From: Mytilus californianus
Taxonomy: Eukaryota
Length of the DNA: 64,000 bases
Assembly: GCF_021869535.1 (NCBI RefSeq)
Contig: NW_026262734.1
Coordinates: 93,868,001-93,932,000, forward strand
Direction: 5' to 3'
Position numbers and translations under genes: made by a program. Each line of letters begins with the position of its first letter. The first letter of the stretch is position 1. Under the pieces are notes generated by a model. It saw nothing but the letters and a program-made list of their open reading frames with translations. It did no database searches and was not told the origin of the DNA. Positions 39,409-52,968 of this stretch are shown here, piece after piece.

Positions 39409-39467
39409 TAAGATAAGATAAGATAAGAAAATTAAGATAAGATAAGATAAGATAAGATGAAATAAGG
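39409..39467. repeat. (ATAAG)n microsatellite
   Basis: Read directly from the sequence. Confidence 0.9.
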
Positions 39468-39547
39468 TAAATATTATTTCCAATAGAGAACGCATTATGG
39501 ACAAAATAAGTACAACGATTAGCACATTAAACAATTTATAATATAGA

Positions 39548-39878
39548 TAATACTTAACGTCAAGCGGCAAATTAATATGCATATTCAGGACAAGAACATG
39601 TAAATGTTATGTCAATATCAACCCTGCTTTGTACTAGACCGATACGCTGAACCGGATTTTTAACATGCTAGTTCACAAGGTAACAGTCCGCAGGAAGACA
39701 TATCACCTTACCCGGACACATTATTTTGACTCCGAGCATACCATTGTTTGCACTTACTCCGTAATGCCGCTTGCTTAGCGGAGAAGCAGAAAATACAAAT
39801 TTTCAAGTCTTTCGAATGACCTGGCCGGGGTACGAATCCACGACCTCCCACACGCTACCACGAGACCACCGAGGAGGT
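39548..39878 (-). mobile_element. tRNA-derived SINE, same family as 28924-29282
   Basis: Reverse-complement match over the full length. A shorter relic lies at ~47770-47890. Confidence 0.85.
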
Positions 39879-41060
39879 CCAGTGAAAAAATAAACACATC
39901 GTGTATAGTAAAACAAAATGTTGCTTGTTGTACAAACAGGAGGATAATAAATGATTTAACACGTATTCTAATAGTTGACACGAATAAACAATGTTTCACA
40001 GAAGATGTATATACATGTAAATATCAACATTTTGATACCGACAAACCGACAACCTCGCCAGTGCCGTAACTCATAAAATAAGGTGATGTGGTATGGTTGC
40101 CAACTAGAAAAGTACTTAAACAACTATAGGTCACCGTACGCCTTTAAATCGCAATCAAATCTCATACCGTAAAGTCCACTGTGAAAGGCGCCTACATGAC
40201 AAATTATAAAAAAAAATCAAACGGAAAACCAACGTCCCGATGTATGACAAAAAAATAAAAGAAAAACAAATATGACAGACACAAACCAACGACAAACACT
40301 GAATTACAGGCTCCCGACCTGGTACATGCACATATAGAATGGGCGTGGTCAAAAATGTTTGTGAGCGCTTAAACCTATAACCTTCAAAATTCATTTAGGA
40401 ACCGCTCAATACAATGATTAGAGAACACTTGCTAATTGTTGAAATCCGACCATACGGTGATATTGTTACATATTCACTGTAGGAGTGGGGTTTGTTATAT
40501 TCACTTTGTCTGTCCGTCCGTTCTTTCAGGAAATATTTTCATCTAGTTCACTTTTCTGAAGAATTACTAAATAGAATGACTTGATATACTTTATATTTAT
40601 TAGCCGCTTGACATATATGAGTTGTAACGTGTAAGCAGTTTCCGTATTTATCCGACAGTATTTTTAAAGAAGGATATAAATTCTCATGAAAATGTTTTCC
40701 CGACATTATCTGAGAAATGACAAAAACATACAAGCTATAATTTACGTCAAATGTGAGGGATATTTCTTTATGAAAGTGATCGGACATTGCTTGAATTTCG
40801 TAGTGCAAAAAACAAAAGAGTTTACAATTATACCATCGAGTGATAGAAAAAAACCCACTATAAAAATCTTTATTTTTTTATAATGTGACGTTCCCTATTT
40901 GTTGTATTCTAGCATTTGCTTCTTTAAAGAAGATAAAAACTTTATACATGTGTTATATGAATAAACAAAATATATTTTCTATAGAATAGTTTGAGTCGTA
41001 TCACGCACCCACAGAATACAATGTAGCTAGATTCTTCATTACAAATACATTATTTCACAG

Positions 41061-41488
41061 GATCAACCCCGGCGGTGCCATCTCACATCAAAAGTCAGAT
41101 AACAACAACTTACTACACAACAGCCGCTTACGTCAATGCAACATCCGATTCAGCAGTATTCCCATCTCCTCTACTGGAAGACAAGAATGAATCACAGTCC
41201 CGGTGTAAATGCAGATGTTCTTCTAGTGAACAGTTGATTGACCAATCAACAAAATCAAGCGATCACAATTATACGAATGCAGAACTAAAACAGCTTATGA
41301 AAGAAGAGTTACGGGGAATTACAGAACAGCTGAGAGTTCAGAAGAATTTGACGTCTGCTTGGTTTAGAGCGCGACGATCTGCAGACGATCGAAGAATGAC
41401 ATCTGTCGGGATGGGTTATGTTGCCATTGGTATTATAGCAATGCCTTTTATTCTTACGGTGGTCAGCGATTGTTGTAAGCTAAAATAG
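41061..41488 (+). CDS. Terminal exon of the kringle gene: Thr/Ser-rich linker, CxCxC, coiled segment, RARR site and C-terminal TM helix
   Basis: tttcacag|GA is phase 1 and matches the kringle donor. Open to TAG at 41488. Hydrophobic VGMGYVAIGIIAMPFILTVV. AATAAA near 41608. Confidence 0.85.
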
Positions 41489-42620
41489 ATAGTCGGTCTC
41501 TATCTCCAACAGATGAAGTATCTAGTAGTCTGTGACTCGGTAAATTAATCAAATGACTGACATTGTTGTGATATTGTTTAATGTTTCTGAAGCATGCATA
41601 CTAAATCAATAAAATTGTTATATTTTCAATGTAATGACAGTAAAAGATGGGAAATGGGCTATTTGTGTATGCAAGCCGGAAAAATGGTTGATACGTTTTT
41701 TTAAACGTGAAAAAATGTTTGATTGCTCTTTATTTATATTGTAAAAATATACAAAATCAAATACTAGCAATTTATCCAAAAAAAATGCAACATTTTTAAA
41801 TTTACACTGTTAATATTATTGTTACCATAAACAAGAACAGAAAAATAAAACCCAGAAAACATATACATGTGTATAAATTAAAAGATTTTAAAATTCACAA
41901 ACTTTTAGTTGTTGATTTATTCACACTATTGAGGTTTATTGAAAGACTGTTGGGCTAAGTTTTCAAACAAGACTGGTTCGACCTTTTTCAGGTTGATTAT
42001 TTATCGCTGCTGGATAAGTTATAGAATCGGTTTCCCAGATTCTTTTCCACATTAGGACCAGAAAAAAAGTCTTTCACTCTTAACTCAAATTCGATACAAC
42101 AGTTCCTTGTGTGAATTTGAGGTTCTAACAATATTGTAGCGTATCTCTGAACATGAGACAGGACACTGCAAAGACTATTGATAACATTTTTGGTTTCTAG
42201 ATACTTGACTTTTTATACTCCCTGGAACATAAAGTTTATATTGTTTTTGGTTGATAGCTTGTTTATCCCATTATGAATTTTAACACATTTATACAGGTGA
42301 AACATTAACAATAATAGTACATGTGTTATTTGTCCATCCAAGCATAAATGCACTAGTATTTTGATCTCTGGAAATAAAAAGTTTTTTCCTCAATAAATGT
42401 GCAGTTGCAATTAATTAAAATCTGTTGGTACTGCCACATTTTCACTTTTTATAATATTGTTGATCTTAATCTAATGTTGATGGCGTATCTATGAAAAAGT
42501 TTTCATAAGATTAGCAAGCAAGGTCAATCATCTGTCATTCATACAGATAACATTTGTATGTTGATTATAGTTGTTTGCTTAACGTCTCAAAACAAATATT
42601 ATGACAACTCCGATTAAAGA

Positions 42621-43175
42621 AATAATTAGGTAGATAGTGGACGTATACAAACGAATTACGTAGAACTTGTCACGAGACAGGGGTTCGAGTTGTATATGTA
42701 CACATGTCTTTTTTACAACGAGTCCATGCAAATCACGTGACACACAGATACAGACATCTGGTATATAAACGTTTTTATCCTACAACTAGCCAACTATTGT
42801 ACAAATAACAGGTACACAAATGCATTTTGCTCTATTTGTTCTTGTACAAATATAGTTTCCTCTTACTCCGTTTCCATGTTGAGCAAACGGTGAAGTTATT
42901 ATAATTTCTTTTTGGGTGACAGTTTATTTTGGGATCCTCTTCGTGGTCCACGTTTAAAGCATGTCGATTTTTTTGAAAAATCCTAGACAAATATCTGCAT
43001 TTAAGCAAGTAAACCTGAAAGTGCCGGGTGTAAATTACAGGATAAAAACAATATATGTACATTGTCAGAAATATAAATTTATTTGTACTCGCGTTTTGTA
43101 CTGTTTTTAACGCTCGTACAAATAAATTTTAATATTTTCCGACAATGTACATATAATGTATTTCTATTCTGTCTG
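42621..43175. mobile_element. Possible palindrome-ended element in the opposite orientation
   Basis: Imperfect ~36-bp inverted repeat 43053-43088 / 43116-43154. The left end aataatt mirrors the aattatt tail of the 19975 family. Confidence 0.4.
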
Positions 43176-44217
43176 AAAAGCCGTTGCTCTGCATTTATAA
43201 ATACATTTCGCTTGGTCGAAGGTCTTACTATAAAATGTAACCTCTAGCTTTATCCAGGTCGGACAACTGGGAAAGAAATATTAGAAAAAAATACTGTTGT
43301 GTGTAGAATATTTGATATTGTTTGATATTTTTAACTTATTTGACCTCTTGACGAAGCAAACTATGACGTTTGATATTAATAACCTATGTCATATATATGT
43401 GTGTATGTTTATAAATAAATACATGTATTTGTCGCATATTTATTTCCGCTTTCATGTGTAAATTTAGTAAGTATCTTAATTGTATATATTACATATCTTA
43501 GAGAAATTGGAAATTGTGCATAGTTAGAGAAATTCACCCTTCTGTTATTGTAAGTATCCTTAAGTGTTTTTAAAACTATGATATACAATTAAAAAACGAT
43601 CATAATATTGTTTTTCTTTGTAGAAAATGTCACCATGAATATTTGTCGTTTTTAACTGTATACTATATACTTATGGGTTTTCTTCGGTTTGTATTTTTAG
43701 CTTAGTCACTTATATTTTGAATACGTCAAATTTGATCCAAAAGTAATTTGTTCATCAAGTTTTGAAGTAAATGTTGTTTCTTATTTTAAAATATAAATGT
43801 TCTAAATTTAGTATACCAACTATATGCCTCACTGCACAGAAATGTTTACAATGTACTTGTGAATTAATGCACCAGTTCACCTAAATATATCAATGCATTT
43901 GCAAATTTGTGAGTATTATATTATTATGGATGTGTGACTGTCGGCTATAGACCATTCCTTCTGAACGTATAAATGATGTTTCTGAGAACCGAAATAAAGA
44001 TTTCAGTGATTACGTCCCATCCAATTAACGAAAAAGGATCAAATAACATGCGATCTGAAAAAATATAGACAAGACGGTTAATTGTCTACAAATACAATTT
44101 GTCAAATTCTACAAAAATTGAGAATTATTTTATAAAGAGATTAACGTTAACAACGATCAACAACCTAATATCTAATCCGTAGACAATATTAAGAGAAAAT
44201 TATAATCTTTATTTATA

Positions 44218-44437
44218 AAAGGGAGGCAAAAGATACCAAAGGGACATTCAAACTCATAATTCGAAAATAAACTGACAACGCCATGGCTAAAAAAGAAAAA
44301 GACCAACAGACAAACAATAGTACACAAAACACAACATAGAAAACTAAAGACTGAGCAACACGAACCCTACCACAAACTGGGGGTGATCTCAGCTGCTCCG
44401 GAAGGGTAAGCAGATCATGCTCTACATGTGGCACCCG
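44218..44437 (-). mobile_element. PLE-like 3'-end remnant
   Basis: Minus strand: acgggtgccacatgtagagc..cttacccttccggagcagctgagatcacccccag followed by a GT-rich tail. It resembles the UTR starts of the RT relics at ~2630 and ~10250. Confidence 0.55.
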
Positions 44438-45843
44438 TGGGCTAATGGCATACAGTAATAAATTAACAAGAATACAATTATTAACAGACAAGAATACAAC
44501 AATTAACAAACAAGAATACAATACAAATATAAGTATTGATATTATGATAACACCTTTACCATGTATGGGACGTCGGATATTGTTTAGTACATGGTCATTT
44601 GTCGTTGATAAACTAGTGTTTGAGCACGCAAACCTCTCTCTTTAAAACAGCCTCATTTTTACCCACTAAAACAGCATCATACTCACTAAAACAGCATCAT
44701 ACACATGTTAAAATAACAGCTGTGCAGCCTATGACGAAAGGTTTTAAATATACAAACCAATGTAACGGTTTGACTTCGGTTAGACGTGTGGCGTTCAGAG
44801 ATATAAAAACTACAAAGATAGAATAAAAATCAAAAATAGAAATAGAAAGTTGTAAAAAAGTGTTACACCAAACAGAGAAAAGAAATTTGTGAAAAACACT
44901 GCGTTGCCTCTTGCAGATTTAGTCTTAAAAATCTTTAAAATCTTTTTTCGGTATACTTTAGTGTATATGCACCTTAAACTCAACTCGACAAAAATCCTAC
45001 GTATCATATGATTATTTGACTATTTATTTTTTTTCCAGAAATTATCAAATTGTGGATCTGTCCGAAATGTTATACAGAAAATAGTCCTGACAATGGATCG
45101 TGTGATAAATGTAATACTATTAAGGAAGACAGTGACCATAAAGGTAAAGGTGCGTTTACACGATACGATTTTCCGTTCGATTTTCCATCCGACTTGATAC
45201 CGTCGCACAGGTAAATCGTACGGCGTTCTGTTCACACGATACGATTTTCCATTCGATTTTGAACAGATTTGAACAAGTGCTTTTATTTTTCTAAACGCAA
45301 CAACTTTCGAAATTATCTATACGGCATGTAATCGGCAATTATATTATTAGAATTTAAACAAATATTATTTAATTATTGATTGGCGACTGGTTAATGAATT
45401 TTAACCAGAGGCCCCCTGGAGCCTGTAAGCGCTCATCTTATTTACAGTAGCCAAGAAAAGATTGTAAAAAAAAATTTCAAACTGAAAAAGAATGCCTCAA
45501 TAAAAATTTTCATTTGAAGTCTAATGAATGTCAAAACCCGTTTCCAAGATAAATTCTACCAAATTATGGTTCCATCTAGCCAAGTGATTTCAAACAAGAA
45601 GATTGTCTTAATGTGAAATGTGAACAAACGGACGACGGCGAACACCGGATGCAAACTAATGGCAATTATTCGCATGACTTTTTGGGGACAGGTGACCTAA
45701 AAATTGGAACTACGCGAATCTCCGTGATAGTCTCATCACACAAATTATGACAGAATTATTATGACGTCATGAATTGATGACCATTACGTCATTTATCCGA
45801 AAACGTCATCTTTCGCCATTTTCAAGAACGGTAAAGTTACAGA

Positions 45844-48766
45844 ATGAAAAGTAAGAAGAAGAGAGCCTTGAAATACATAGTTGCTGCTATTGCCGCTAAA
45901 AGACAAACAAAAAAGGTTAAGCGGAATTGGACAAAACCATGGTTGACAAGAAGAGCAGATCTGGGTGTTTGCCAAACTCTGCTTAAAGAATTGTCAAACG
46001 AAGACAGCGATTCTTTTCGCAACTTTCTGAGAGTCAGTCCGCAGCAATTTGCTTACCTTTTGGATATGGTAAAAGACAGTATCACAAAGAGCAGTACCAA
46101 TATGCGTACCTGTATCACAGCGGAGGAAAGATTATCACTAACATTGAGATACTTGGCAACAGGTACATTAATATCAGCCTCTTGTAGTCATTGTTAATTT
46201 TTTGTTGATTTTAAGCGTTAGAAGTTTGTTGAAAAAAGATAAACCAGTATTAAGTGGTGGTTAAATTCCATTATCCAGAAGTGTTATGCTTTAAAAAAAA
46301 ATGTTCTATACATTTTTAACTGTACTGAATTGGTGGTGTAGTTTCATGGCAAACGTATCAATCGAAATCATCGTATAAATTATACACTTGATGATCTCGT
46401 ATCTGTATTAAAAAAAAATGCATGCATCAATTATTAAGTAAACTCTCCAGAAGTGTTCGAATCATACGCTTGTACATAAAAGTAAATGTTATTGTCGAAG
46501 CTAGTAAATCAGACTATCATGCGTGTAATTTATTGTAGGTGAAAGTTATCGTAGTTTGAGTTATAGCTTTAGAATTGCACCTTCTACTGTATGCAGTATC
46601 ATCCCAGAAGTTTGTGATGCACTGTACCAAGCATTAAAAGATACATATCTGAAGGTATTAAATCACGTAATACTGCAATGTTTATTCATATCGGTTGAAA
46701 TTACTATATAAAATTTGACGAAAGAATGGTATCTTCATCAGATCATGGACGCAAAAAGAAAGAAATGCTCCACCGTACAGAACACATTATCATATGACAA
46801 ATCAACAAGAATATTTTGTTACCGTGATATGATTTAGAAACGTAATGTTAGAATACACGTTATTTGTACCAGTACTATGAGGATCAGTGGAGACTCCAAA
46901 CGCACAACTGTGCGCTGTAGCTATAGTACTTTCAAGGCAAATTTTGTTGTTGAAAAATATCTCATTTTATTACGATCCCTTGAGAATGCGTATTTTGTCA
47001 TACAGACTTAGAATTAAATATGGTCGTTATAAGGGTATTTCTAAAAAAAAACAAACATAGATGTCTCAGGTGCACCTCAAATGAAATTGGTAATGAAAAA
47101 CATTTTTTATTTACATGCACATCATCTTTTACTAGTAGAAACTGCATGTAGTCTTAGATTAATTCACTCTGTCCTAAATTGTAAGCACTTCATTCCTATC
47201 CAAAAAATGATCTGGCTACTTAAAGTAGAAAATGTTAATATATTATTATCTGTTTGTGATTTGATTGTTGAAGGCAAAACATAAATATGGCTTATCTGCA
47301 CTAGGCATGAAAATAGCATGGTGGTTACCTATAATAGACATAGTTTTGTGGATATTATCATAATATTTCAAACAAATTTTTATCTACATACATATACCTA
47401 TATATCCACATTGCCATGCAGCAATCTTGGAAGATTTTGCAGTTGAATTAAATATCCACTAAATTTTGTATGTTTGTGTGTGTGTGGGGGTTGGTGGGTG
47501 GGTGGGTGGGTGTGATTCATACATATTTAAACTGCTTTTTTATTTGTATACATACTTGATTTTTTTTTTAAATAATGTCGTATATTGTTATATTCTCTTT
47601 GTGAGCCCATGTAATAGAAATAAAACATCTTATATATATATATATATATACTATTTGGAAATTCAATATCCACACTCATATGCATATCAAGTCGAATCCA
47701 CAGGATGAGAACTGATATTTCATTCTGAACAAGATTCATCATCATCAGTAATTGCTGGTTTATTATAAAATGACTGGTCAGCTCTGAGTCAGAATAATGT
47801 GTCCTAGTGGAGTGACATGTCTAACTGCAGAAAGATATTCCAGTGTGGTAACACTTTTCAAATCAAACTAATCATGTTGATCAAGTACAATTTATCACAA
47901 TACATAAAATATGAACGCTCGCCTTACACCATAGTCTTGTTTTTGTCATGATATAGGTAAAAAATTATTTGATGTACACATTCTTTTCTTTATAAATGTA
48001 GGTACCATCGACACCAGAAGAATGGGAAGAAATTGCATCGGATTTTTATGAGAAATGGAATTATCCAAATTGTTTGGGGGCTATAGATGGGAAACATGTT
48101 GTCGTCCAAGCACCATGTAACAGTGGATCGTATTATTACAACTACAAACACACACACAGTATCGTTCTGATGGCTCTTGTTGATGCTAACTACCGCTTTA
48201 CCTACGTGGATGTAGGAAGTAATGGTCGTGTGAGTGACGGAGGAGTTTTTCGACAATGCACACTGCAAGAATCCATTGAAAATGAGTTGATAAATTTTCC
48301 GGGTCCTAAAGAATTACCTGGAAGACACAAAAAAGTTCCATTTGTTGTTGTTGGCGATGAAGCCTTTCCGCTGAAAGAATACCTGATGAAACCCTATCCT
48401 CAAAGGGGTGGATTGGATGATTCACAAAGGATTTTCAATTACAGACTTTCTCGGGCAAGAAGAATAGTTGAAAATGCCTTTGGCATTCTATGCAACAGGT
48501 TTCGTGTTTTAAGAGCCCCAATCCTTTCTTCACCCGACAAAGTAGAGAAAATAGTTTTGTGCTGTTGCGCTTTACATAACTTATTACGTCCAGAAACTCA
48601 GACTGTTAATGATGCAGAAAATGGACAGGATATTGGAACAGGGCTTCTGAAAGTTCCTCGTGGAGGAAGTCGTAACTCGTGTCAGGCGAGACAAATTCGC
48701 GATGAATTTAAAGAGTACTTTTTCACTACAGGCCAGGTTCCATGGCAGGCAAATGCTGTTAGATAG
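45844..48766 (+). CDS. Harbinger DDE transposase, 3 exons (45844-46162, 46539-46654, 48002-48766), about 399 aa
   Basis: GT-AG introns with matching phases (1, 0). Motifs FRNFLR, LRYLATG|ESYRSL, AIDGKH, VGDEAFPL and RRIVENAFGIL. No stops. Confidence 0.93.
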
Positions 48767-48992
48767 ATAAATACAAATTTCCTAACTTTTTTCTTTTATG
48801 CCTAGTGTATATGCATGAAGAGAATATGTAATCACAGACTTTTCATATTACAATAATTCAATACTAGAGATAATAAACTTAAGTTAGATATATAGACCTA
48901 ACTATTTTATTATAATATAGATAACAGAAGTCAACCTAATATAAGAAAAAAAATATGACAACATATATCTATTTTGAATTTGCATTGTTTTT

Positions 48993-51900
48993 TTAAAGGT
49001 TGAGATACTGGTTTCCATCTATGTATTGAGTGTAGCATTGATTTTGGGATTGGGTATTATTCATTGGATACGATTGCATATCTCTTGGCACTTGTTGGGA
49101 TTGACTGCGAGGAACTTGCTGCTGAGAAGAACTTTGATATTGCTGGTTTAGGTTTAAAATTTGGGTTTCACACACCAAATTTTGAATTTTGTTCTTTAAA
49201 ATGAATTTGTTTACGTTTTCTGGCATGGCCGAGAGGGATGTTCCAACATATTTTCCGAAAATTGCATCATTGGAATCTTCTTCCTCTGGTGCATTCAGTG
49301 TGTCAATTGCTTTTTGTAAAAGCATATCAGATTTGTTGTCTTTAGACGTTTGTTTCCTCTTTTTAGCAGTTGTTGTGGAACTTGTGAAAGAATTTGCTGT
49401 TACAGAATTATGTGGCCAATCGTTTCCACTGTCATCTTCAATATCATCTCCTTCGTTATTTGAAGAATTCTGCCAAAAATAAAAAAAATAATTTTTATCA
49501 TGATTTCTTTTATAAGAAAACAAAAAGCACCTTCCTAATTAAAAAAAAACATACTCAGTCACATTCAACCATTAACATTCGATGAATTGATGCTTATTAC
49601 AACGGTAGGTTAAGTTCCGCTTATTAATTATTTGAAACTTATATTGAACTTTGGTTGCTTAACGTTCAGTGGGAAGTTACTTATAGGAAAATTACAAACC
49701 TTTGGAAAAGGGGGGGGGGGGGGGGGGTTGATACATATTGCTATGCATGCTTTTTTTTTTTTTTTTCTTCCGCACGGATATTTATTTTCACTTTTTTTTT
49801 TCTCAAATGGAGTGAGCTTCAAAATAATATAGTTTTTGTAATATCTTAATGAAAGGTGAATGACGAAAAAAAATCATAATTGTAGATATGCGAAGGATAT
49901 TTTTTTTCTATAATTGGCTCTTCGTTTTAAAATGCTAATTATATGCAATTATTCAGCTACACGATAGAATAAAGACTTATAGTTGATAAATTCTGTGTCA
50001 TTTGGTCTTTTGTGGAGAGTTGTCTCATTTGCAATTATATTTATACCACATCTTCTTATATCTATAACGTCACAGTACCCAAATTGCACCTATTCAACAA
50101 AAATAGCTGCGGAAATTTTACAAGTTTTCTTTGAAACTAAACCCCTTGTAATTTTATAATTTGACACTATACACGTCTTTCAACATAGGTAAACTTGTTT
50201 AGATATACACAAAACGTTCACAGTATAAACCAACAGATTAACCATACACCGAAAAAGTAAAATCTGCGGATACGTCGTCATGCGACGTTCACATAAAGTC
50301 ATCGTTTAAAAATGAGCAAATAAAATATGTTACAAGCATCTATTTCTAAAAAAAAATGAATATTAAGCATGGACTACATGTCAAATTGTTCTAAATATTT
50401 GAAGAAATAGAACAAAACATCTGTTATTCAATTTTTGGTAGAGTCGACACACTTTGTACATCTTCTATGATAGATATCCGTTGTATGATCTCATGAAAAA
50501 GATATTTATTTAAAAATGTTTTTGTTTAGCCAACTTGGCCTATTCCCGATTTCATATTCAACATACTTGTGTCATACACTGTAGTTGTGCAACACGGCTT
50601 TAATTATTTTTCAGATAGGTGTTTTTGGGGATCCGAAAAAGAATAAGATAAAGGGGTTGTACGGTTCGCAATTCGCAACTTCTGCATGATTTTGCTTTCA
50701 CAAGTCGTTTTTTCGACTTGTAGAACTCGTCTTTTTTCGATTTCCTGAGTCGTTTGTGTAAGTTTAGAAGTCAGGCTATTTATTTCGAACCACAATAGTA
50801 GTTTTATATTCAAATTCAAAGTCTAAACTATGACTTTGACTTTTTTTAATGTTTTTTTTTTATCGTTTTTCTGTTTCATTTTTTTTTTTGGGGGGGTGGG
50901 GGGGTGGGGGGGGTGGGGCTAATCTGCATTTGTACTTACAATATTTGATTTAGATACTCTTTTTCTGACTTGAGTTCTGAGAAATTTGTCCATACTCTGG
51001 TACATAGGCCATTTACTCTCATAGATTTCACATGTCCCAGCACCACTTCTCTTGGAATCTTCCACCTTATTCATTTCCCTCTTATAATAGGTTCTCAAAT
51101 TGTTGATTTTTTTATTGATCTTATCAACTGAAACAAAAAGACATCTTACCTATAACCGATATTAAAGCACAAACTTGATCGCCATAAGCTGTCGGATAAA
51201 TAATTGAGAATGACGCACTTTAATAGCAGATGACAATAAAAATAACATTAAGTTCCTTACTGCATATTTTTAAAATCAATTTGAACAGAAAAGCAATCGC
51301 ACTGTTTTCGAATATTTATATCATTACTTTGGGTTACTTTTATTTTAAACCGGGGGGACAACAAATATTCCTGAAAATTCTGCTTAATACAAAGGTCGAA
51401 AAGATTAAATGACAGTCTGTTGAAATAGCATTCATATGATGAAGACATAATCTTTCAATCAGTTTAATTGAAGTCTGGAGCTGGCATGTCAGTTAACTGC
51501 TAGTAGTCTGTTGTTATTTATGTATTATTGTCATTTTGTTTATTTTCTTTGGTTACATCTTCTGACATCAGACTCGGACTTCTCTTGAACTGAATTTTAA
51601 TGTGCGTATTGTTATGCGTTTACTTTTCTACATTGGCTAGAGGTATAGGGGGAGGGTTGAGATCTCATAAACATGTTTAACCCCGCCGCATTTTTGCGCC
51701 TGTCCCAAGTCAGGAGCCTCTAGCCTTTGCCAGTCTTGTATTATTTTTAATTTTAGTTTCTTGTGTACAATTTGGAGTTTAGTATGGCGTTCATTATCAC
51801 TGAACTAGTATATATATTTGTTTAGGGGCCAGCTGAAGGACGCCTCCGGGTGCGGGAATTTCTCGCTGCATTGAAGACCTGTTGGTGACCTTCTGCTGTT

Positions 51901-52968
51901 GTCTGTTCTATGGTCGGGTTGTTGTCTCTTTGACACATTCCCCATTTCCATTCTCAATTTTATATAGAAAGATTCTGTTTTAATTGAAAAAAATGAACAA
52001 TTAAAGTTCCCTTTAGGAACCTTACGTCACTATATTTTATACATTTATACGAGTTATCCCCCATTTTATGTAAAAAGAAAACATTGATGCAACATTAGAC
52101 ACTTTTTTTTTCTTCTTCTAAAAATGGAGTGATGCAAATGTTTAAACGTAAAGTTTTCAATATATTCATTACATACGATGCAGTCCGGTAAATCCGCCCA
52201 CATAAGGCTTTGACCGTATGTATTTCTGCTTAATTATATACAAATTGTAGCAAATTTAATATAAATCGATTTACTGACAAATCAACTTTGAGTATTTTAT
52301 CTCATTTCTCAAAAAATATCTGAAGTAAATTTTAAAATCAACAAAACAAGTGGGTCATCCGTGTTTTTATTGGAAATGTGTTTGTCCGGTAAATCCGCCC
52401 ATGGGCAGAAAATATGTATGGAGGGCCAGTTTATCACAATTTTATGAAAGGAAAGGTGATCTATTTATTAATAGACCACTTATAAAGAGATTCCAGATAA
52501 TCCAAAAAAAATTTCAAGTCAGAAATGAGTTTTGTAAGCAATAATATGATTATCGTTAGCTTAAGGAACTGTATTATATATATCACTAGATATTTTCGTA
52601 ATAAAGGATTTTTCTTTAAAATTTGACATGCAGTGATGATAAGTACAGTTACTATGTATGAAATAGCAGACGAAATATTCACGGAAGTGACAATTACGGA
52701 AGAAAAGAAATGGGAATGGGCGGGTTTACCGGACGGGCGGGATTACCGGACACTACTGTATATATATATATAAGCATTTACCTCCTATGTTTATTTTGCC
52801 ATCCATTCTCTCTAGGGCCCTTTTCCTCTCAATTTTATCATGATACGCTTGGGAAGTAACGTCCCATAGAGATGGCTCATTTTCATAGAGGTCGATGAAA
52901 TCCAAGTCTTCAGATACTTTCTGCTCTTCGTTATTGTCTAGTATTTCAACGGCTATCATGTCAGCCAT
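48993..52968 (-). CDS. Harbinger accessory MADF/Myb-like protein with BESS-like C-terminus, 3 exons (52968-52782, 51127-50940, 49469-48993), about 283 aa
   Basis: FIDLYENEPSLWD, KKINNLRTYYKRE..KRSGAG..YESKW..Y..MDKFL and FGKYVGTSL..MP...KNKIQNLV. Phases 1 and 0 are consistent. No stops. Confidence 0.9.
51430..51964 (+). mobile_element. 535-bp 3'-UTR-only copy of the family-1 Naiad, inside Harbinger
   Basis: Nearly identical reverse complement of 59998-60531. Confidence 0.93.
51635..51725 (+). ncRNA. P5-type twister ribozyme, best-preserved copy
   Basis: P5 GGCTAGAGG/CCTCTAGCC, P2 CCCC/GGGG, GAGGG (51652-56), T|AA (51678/51679), GC, P3 CGCA/TGCG, P4 CCTG-TCCCAAGT-CAGG, A. Confidence 0.85.
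52176..52758. mobile_element. TA-flanked MITE in MADF intron 1
   Basis: GTCCGGTAAATCCGCCC at ~52183 and ~52384, with inverted copies at 52717-52750. The right end reads cactactg|ta followed by (TA)n. Confidence 0.6.
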
